A stretch of 64,000 nucleotides of DNA from an uncultured Chloroflexia bacterium. Lineage in GTDB: Bacteria > Chloroflexota > Chloroflexia > QHBQ01 > JADMIH01. The notes beneath the pieces are model-generated. The model was not told where the DNA came from, made no database searches, and worked only from the letters and a program-made list of their open reading frames with translations. Made by a program: the position numbers and the translations under genes. The stretch covers positions 672,001 to 736,000 of the forward strand of contig CAWCNY010000002.1 of the NCBI GenBank assembly GCA_963797095.1, written 5' to 3'. This document shows positions 59,739 through 64,000 of this stretch, piece by piece (the first letter of the stretch is position 1; every line of letters begins with the position of its first letter).

Positions 59739-59860
59739 CAGTTGTCAGTTGTCAGTTGTCAGTAGACCAGTGGGCAGAATGTCGACACCGAACTGCCCCC
59801 TGCTTACTAACCCCTGGTCCGTGGCCCGTAGCCCCTGGTATACTGACAACTGACAACTGG
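59739..59860. repeat. Inverted arrays of the heptamer CAGTTGT
   Basis: (CAGTTGT)3 at 59739-59759 and the complementary ACTGACAACTGACAACTG at 59842-59859. Confidence 0.75.
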
Positions 59861-59879
59861 TAACGCGAGGAAGGGTGAC

Positions 59880-61010
59880 ATGCACAGCATACGCACACGC
59901 TTTGGCGGACTCTATTGGCGGCTGACCGCCTCCTATTTTGCGGTCACCTTGCTGGCAGCCGTCATCGTCGAGATCGCCGTCACCCTTCGCTCCAGCCTCC
60001 AAGATTACCAAAACGTGTCTGTCCACCCTATGAGCATTCACGATTACCAATCTGTGACTGTCACCGGTTCACCCACACCATTCGAGTTCTCCCAGTTTCT
60101 CAGCATCTTTTGGAACAACTTCCAGGTCAATGGCCCCTATTTCATCCTGCTCGCCAGCGTGGTCGGCACACTGACCGGCCTGGTGATCACTCGCAACGTC
60201 ACCCGCCGGCTGCGACGCATCACCCAGGCGGCGGAATCCTGGAGCAAAGGCGAGTTTGGGGTCGAGGTGCGCGATCCCACCCGTGATGAAATCGGCCAGC
60301 TTGGGCAGGATCTCAACGGCATGGCCGAACAACTCCACACCCTGCTGGCGACCCGCGAGGAGCTTGCGGCAATCGAGGAACGCAACCGGCTGGCACGCGA
60401 TCTACACGACTCAATTAAGCAAAACGTGTTCGCCACTGCCCTGTTGGTGGGTGCGGCGCGCACCCATCTGCCGCCGGATGTGCTGCCGGCGCAGACGTAT
60501 CTCGCCGAGGCCGAGGCGCTGGCCGAGCAGACGCGCCAGGAATTGACCGCTCTCATCCGCGAAATGCGCCCGCCCCGCCTCGAAGATAGAGGGCTGGCCG
60601 TCGTCCTGCGCGACTACGCCGGTAACTGGTCACGCCGCATGGGCATCGCCGTCGCCATACAGGTTCAGGGCGAGCGAGGCATCGCGCTCGACATTGAGGA
60701 GGCGCTATTTCGCGTGGCGCAGGAAGCGCTTGCCAACATCGCTCATCACAGCGGAGCCGCACATGTCACCATCCATCTCGCGTTGGACGACGCGCAGGTG
60801 CACCTGACCATCGCCGACGATGGTACCGGCTTCGACGTGGCGCATGCCAACGGGCGCGGCGTGGGATTGGCCAGCATGCGTGAGCGCGTGGTCGCACACA
60901 ACGGCTCGCTGCACATCGCCGGCACGGCGGGAGCGACGACAGTGGAGGCGATCGTCCCGCTGCAGCCTGCTGAGAACCCGGCCCAGTTGGCGGTGCGAGG
61001 GAAACAATGA
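59880..61010 (+). CDS. HAMP-domain sensor histidine kinase (HisKA_3)
   Basis: Two TMs, DEIGQLG, EERNRLARDLHDSIKQ, QEALANIAHHS, DDGTGF, GVGLASMRER. Confidence 0.94.
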   Translation: MHSIRTRFGGLYWRLTASYFAVTLLAAVIVEIAVTLRSSLQDYQNVSVHPMSIHDYQSVTVTGSPTPFEFSQFLSIFWNNFQVNGPYFILLASVVGTLTGLVITRNVTRRLRRITQAAESWSKGEFGVEVRDPTRDEIGQLGQDLNGMAEQLHTLLATREELAAIEERNRLARDLHDSIKQNVFATALLVGAARTHLPPDVLPAQTYLAEAEALAEQTRQELTALIREMRPPRLEDRGLAVVLRDYAGNWSRRMGIAVAIQVQGERGIALDIEEALFRVAQEALANIAHHSGAAHVTIHLALDDAQVHLTIADDGTGFDVAHANGRGVGLASMRERVVAHNGSLHIAGTAGATTVEAIVPLQPAENPAQLAVRGKQ

Positions 61011-61657
61011 GCGATCCGATCACCATCTTGATCGTCGATGATCATGCCGTCGTGCGGCGCGGAGCGCGGGCATTCCTCGAAGCCCAGCCTGATTTCGCCG
61101 TCGTAGGTGATGTCAGCTCTGGCGGCGAAGCAGTGTTACTGGCGGCCGACCTGGCCCCCGACGTCGTGCTGATGGATCTGGTGATGCCGGGCATGGGCGG
61201 CGTGGAGGCGACGCGGCGGCTAAAACAGAAGAGCCCCTGCTCACAGGTTATAGTGCTGACCTCGTATCATGAGGACGAGCATATCTTTCCGGCCATCCGT
61301 GCCGGCGCGTTTTCTTATCTCCTCAAAGATATCAGCCTGCCCGATCTAGCCGACGCCATCCGCAAAGCGGCGCGCGGCGAGGTCGTGATGCATCCTGGCA
61401 TCGCTGCCCGTGTCGTGCAAGAGCTGGATGGCGCGTCGCATCATGACATGGCCAGCTTCGCCCAACTGAGTGAGCGCGAACGGGAAGTACTGCACCTGAT
61501 CGCCGAGGGGCTGAGCAACGCCGACATCGCCGCGCGGCTCGTTCTCAGCGAAAAGACTGTGAAAAGCCATGTGCGCAATATTCTCAGCAAGTTGCACCTC
61601 GCCGACCGCACGAAGGCCGCCATCTTTGCCTGGCGCCAGGGGTTGATGGGAAACTGA
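61007..61657 (+). CDS. NarL/LuxR-family response regulator
   Basis: IVDDHAVVR, LMDLVMP, LSEREREVL..IAEGLSNADIA. Confidence 0.95.
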   Translation: MSDPITILIVDDHAVVRRGARAFLEAQPDFAVVGDVSSGGEAVLLAADLAPDVVLMDLVMPGMGGVEATRRLKQKSPCSQVIVLTSYHEDEHIFPAIRAGAFSYLLKDISLPDLADAIRKAARGEVVMHPGIAARVVQELDGASHHDMASFAQLSEREREVLHLIAEGLSNADIAARLVLSEKTVKSHVRNILSKLHLADRTKAAIFAWRQGLMGN

Positions 61658-61887
61658 GTGGAAGAGCATCCTCAGCTACCTAGCCAGGGTTTTGCGCATC
61701 CCACGTGGGAGGGCGCAAGTAGACAGAGACAGCACCGTCTGCTATACTGGGCGCGTTCGGGTCAGTGGTGTGATCGGATCGTCGAGGTCCGACTCCGACG
61801 AGAGATCTGACTGAACTTGTCGACTTGGCACCTTCCTTGACATCTTCGACATCTTCGCTCCATCTGTTTCCTCTTGGAGGTTGGCTC

Positions 61888-62289
61888 ATGAAGGGCCCCA
61901 TGAACGGCGATGAATTGCGCGCCTCTCGCCTGCGATTTCTCCAAGCTCGGCAGGCCGGTCAATCCTGGCACGACGCCCTGCTTACCGCTGGCCTGCCCAT
62001 AGGCCGCTCCACTGCCTATGCCCTGGAGCATCGGGTGAGAGTGCAAGGTGAGGAGGCTCTGGTCGACCATCGCCATGGTCACCCCTCCAAGTTCCGAGAA
62101 GACGTTCGCACCTGGTTAGAAGCCATCTGCCGTGCTCACCCTGAGTATCCCAGTGGGCGGATCCAACAAGAACTGGCCTCCCAGTTCGACCTGAGTGTCA
62201 GCACAAGCCAGATTAATCGTGTGCGGGTCTCCCTTGGCGTGCGATATCAGCGTCAGCCTCCAAAATCAAAACCCAAAAAAAGTCGCTGA
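61888..62289 (+). CDS. HTH-containing first ORF of a putative two-ORF transposase
   Basis: RSTAYAL...GEEALVDHRHGHPSKF...IQQELASQFDLSVSTSQINRV. Ends PKK over an A7 run. GGAGG RBS. Confidence 0.75.
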   Translation: MKGPMNGDELRASRLRFLQARQAGQSWHDALLTAGLPIGRSTAYALEHRVRVQGEEALVDHRHGHPSKFREDVRTWLEAICRAHPEYPSGRIQQELASQFDLSVSTSQINRVRVSLGVRYQRQPPKSKPKKSR

Positions 62290-64000
62290 ACCAAGAGCCC
62301 CAGACCAAGGAGGGGTGGGTGGACGGTGCTGGGGGATTGTTGCTGTTGGCTGCCGTGCATTCTACGGGTCTGGTCACCACTCTGACTACCGCCGCTGCCG
62401 CTGCTCCAGGGAACCCAGGCTCAAGGGTCTGTGGGCCGACGCAGGGTGCCCTGCCGGGTACGCGCTGGTTTCCGAGGATTCCCCGTTTGCTGGGGGCTAC
62501 CTTCCGGGCGCTGTTACTCACTCTTCTCTTCCTGACTGCCGTTGGCTTACGCCGCCCCTGGGATCTACGCTCATACACAGGTGATGCTCTCGGTCTGCTC
62601 ACCGGGCGCTCTCGTGCCTATGGCTATCGCATCGTCGAGGATTTCCTGTTAGCACTCGCTCGCTTGGGTGCTGCTGTACGATTGACCACGGCCTTGGCTC
62701 GCTGGACCGCTACTGTGTGGACGCCTGACATAACTCCGAACCCCACTGGTCCTTTGGTTCCTGAGACGTCTGTAACTCCCATGGTCGTGTACATTGACGG
62801 CCACCGCAAACCACTGTACACCGACGCCTGCATACCCAGAGGCCTGATCGGGCGTACCGGCAAAATCCTGGGCTGTCGGGCGCTGACATTGCTGCACGAT
62901 GAATGGGGTCATGTGCTGCTCGCCACTACCCACCGAGGAGACCAGCACCTGACCGTGGGTGCTCCCTCTATCCTCACGACCTACGAACAGGCCAATCCCC
63001 ATCTGCGTCTCGCCCAGATCGTAGTGGACCGAGAGGGGATGAGTGCCAGTTGGCTGGCACAGCGGGTACATGAAGGACGCACGGTAATCACCGTGTTACG
63101 TCGTGACCAATACAAGGGCCCCGAGTCCTTCACCGATATTGGAGATTTCAAGCCTCTGGAGATGGACGCCAGTGGCCGGGTAGTGCGTGAGGTAGCCCCA
63201 GCACTCTTCCTATTAGATGTACCCTCCTCACCCTCCTCACCCTCCTCACCCTCCTCACCCTCCTCACCCTCCTCACCCTCCTCACCCTCCTCACCAGGCC
63301 AACCAGGAGGGGCCGCCCAAGCGCCTCCACCCCTTCCCCTGAGCGTGGCCTTGATCCGCGACCACCGTTGGCGGGAACCAGTGACCCAATCCACCGACTC
63401 GGAACGGGTGCGTTGGACGGCAGATCTGGCATGGGAGGCACAGTGCTGGTGGGAAGCTGACTGGAAGGCTCCACCCGCCCCGCCAGGACCAACCCAGCCC
63501 CACCTGATCCCCATTGTCAGCACCGCCGGCGACGCGGAGACACGCGATGCCGTGGGCCTGGCTCAACTGTATACCAAGCGCTGGCCCGTGCAGGAAAACG
63601 TGATAAAGGATTGGCTATTGCCGTTGGGGTTCGATAGCAATCACGGCTACACCAAAAGGGAGGTAGCCAACTCGGAAGTGGGCAAGGCGCGGACTGCTCT
63701 GGAAGGGAGGCGAGACCGATTGGAGAGGTGGGCTGCGAGGGCACGCAAGCGCTATGGCCAATTGGATCGGAAAGTGGAGAAGCTGGGAGGGGAGCGCCGC
63801 TCACGGGGAGAAGAACTGTACCGGGAACTGAACCGGTTGCAAGACGAGTTGGACGCGCAAGGTATGGCTTGTTGGGAAGTGAAGCGGACGTCCGCGAGCG
63901 CAAAGGGGTGATTGACAGGGAACTGGGGGAGTTGAATGAGCGTTGGTGGGCAGCAGAGGGGGAGCAGAGAAAGGAATGGCGCAAGCTGGAGGGGCCCTGC
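62274..64000 (+). mobile_element. Putative DDE transposase second ORF (unclassified family), running off the window
   Basis: VYIDGH, IVVDREG and Y..RW..QEN give a DDE-like triad. The frame is open from the A7 run. An apparent further frameshift lies near 63885. Confidence 0.65.
63222..63293. repeat. 9-bp tandem repeat (CCCTCCTCA)x8 encoding (PSS)8
   Basis: Eight exact in-frame copies in the putative transposase. Confidence 0.95.

Overview
A 64-kb GC-rich bacterial window, most likely from Chloroflexota. That assignment is inferred from protein styles: SLH-domain secreted proteins, tandem 'FxETGxxxxGxFxxYWxxxGGLxxxGxPIS' surface modules, LPxTG anchors and heptamer intergenic repeats. Layout: (1) 1-5.4 kb is a decayed accessory zone with an XRE regulator, a DUF6166-like gene, an ATPase/hydrolase chimera, a SLOG gene and ISAs1/IS5/IS630 remnants. 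(2) A giant cyclic beta-1,2-glucan synthase gene (5.4-14.6 kb) is followed by an ISL3 remnant. (3) 15.8-30.2 kb is an intact divergent locus. Two stand-alone ChrB-type proteins bracket an orphan sugar-type binding protein, an LPxTG-anchored protein with three acidic His/Glu helical repeats and an Fe-siderophore-type ABC importer. Alongside lie a solo PucR HTH, an apparently dead nuclease-winged-helix protein, an NHL propeller and an MFS pump, with no chrA. This is the best candidate for an undescribed metal-handling system. (4) Two BNR/sialidase-like secreted proteins and a LuxR-ATPase-TPR regulator. (5) A broken peptide ABC operon, a full-length group II intron with a frameshifted RT and verifiable EBS1/IBS1 pairing, then a cargo-like island: GT39 transferase, ECF42/DGPF, TetR-DrrAB, MarR with F420-type enzymes, ECF41, a complete IS1182, FtsX-type ABC plus two-component system, and an unclassified two-ORF DDE element cut by the window end. 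No rRNA, tRNA or CRISPR array was recognised. All family calls come from motif recognition, not database searches.
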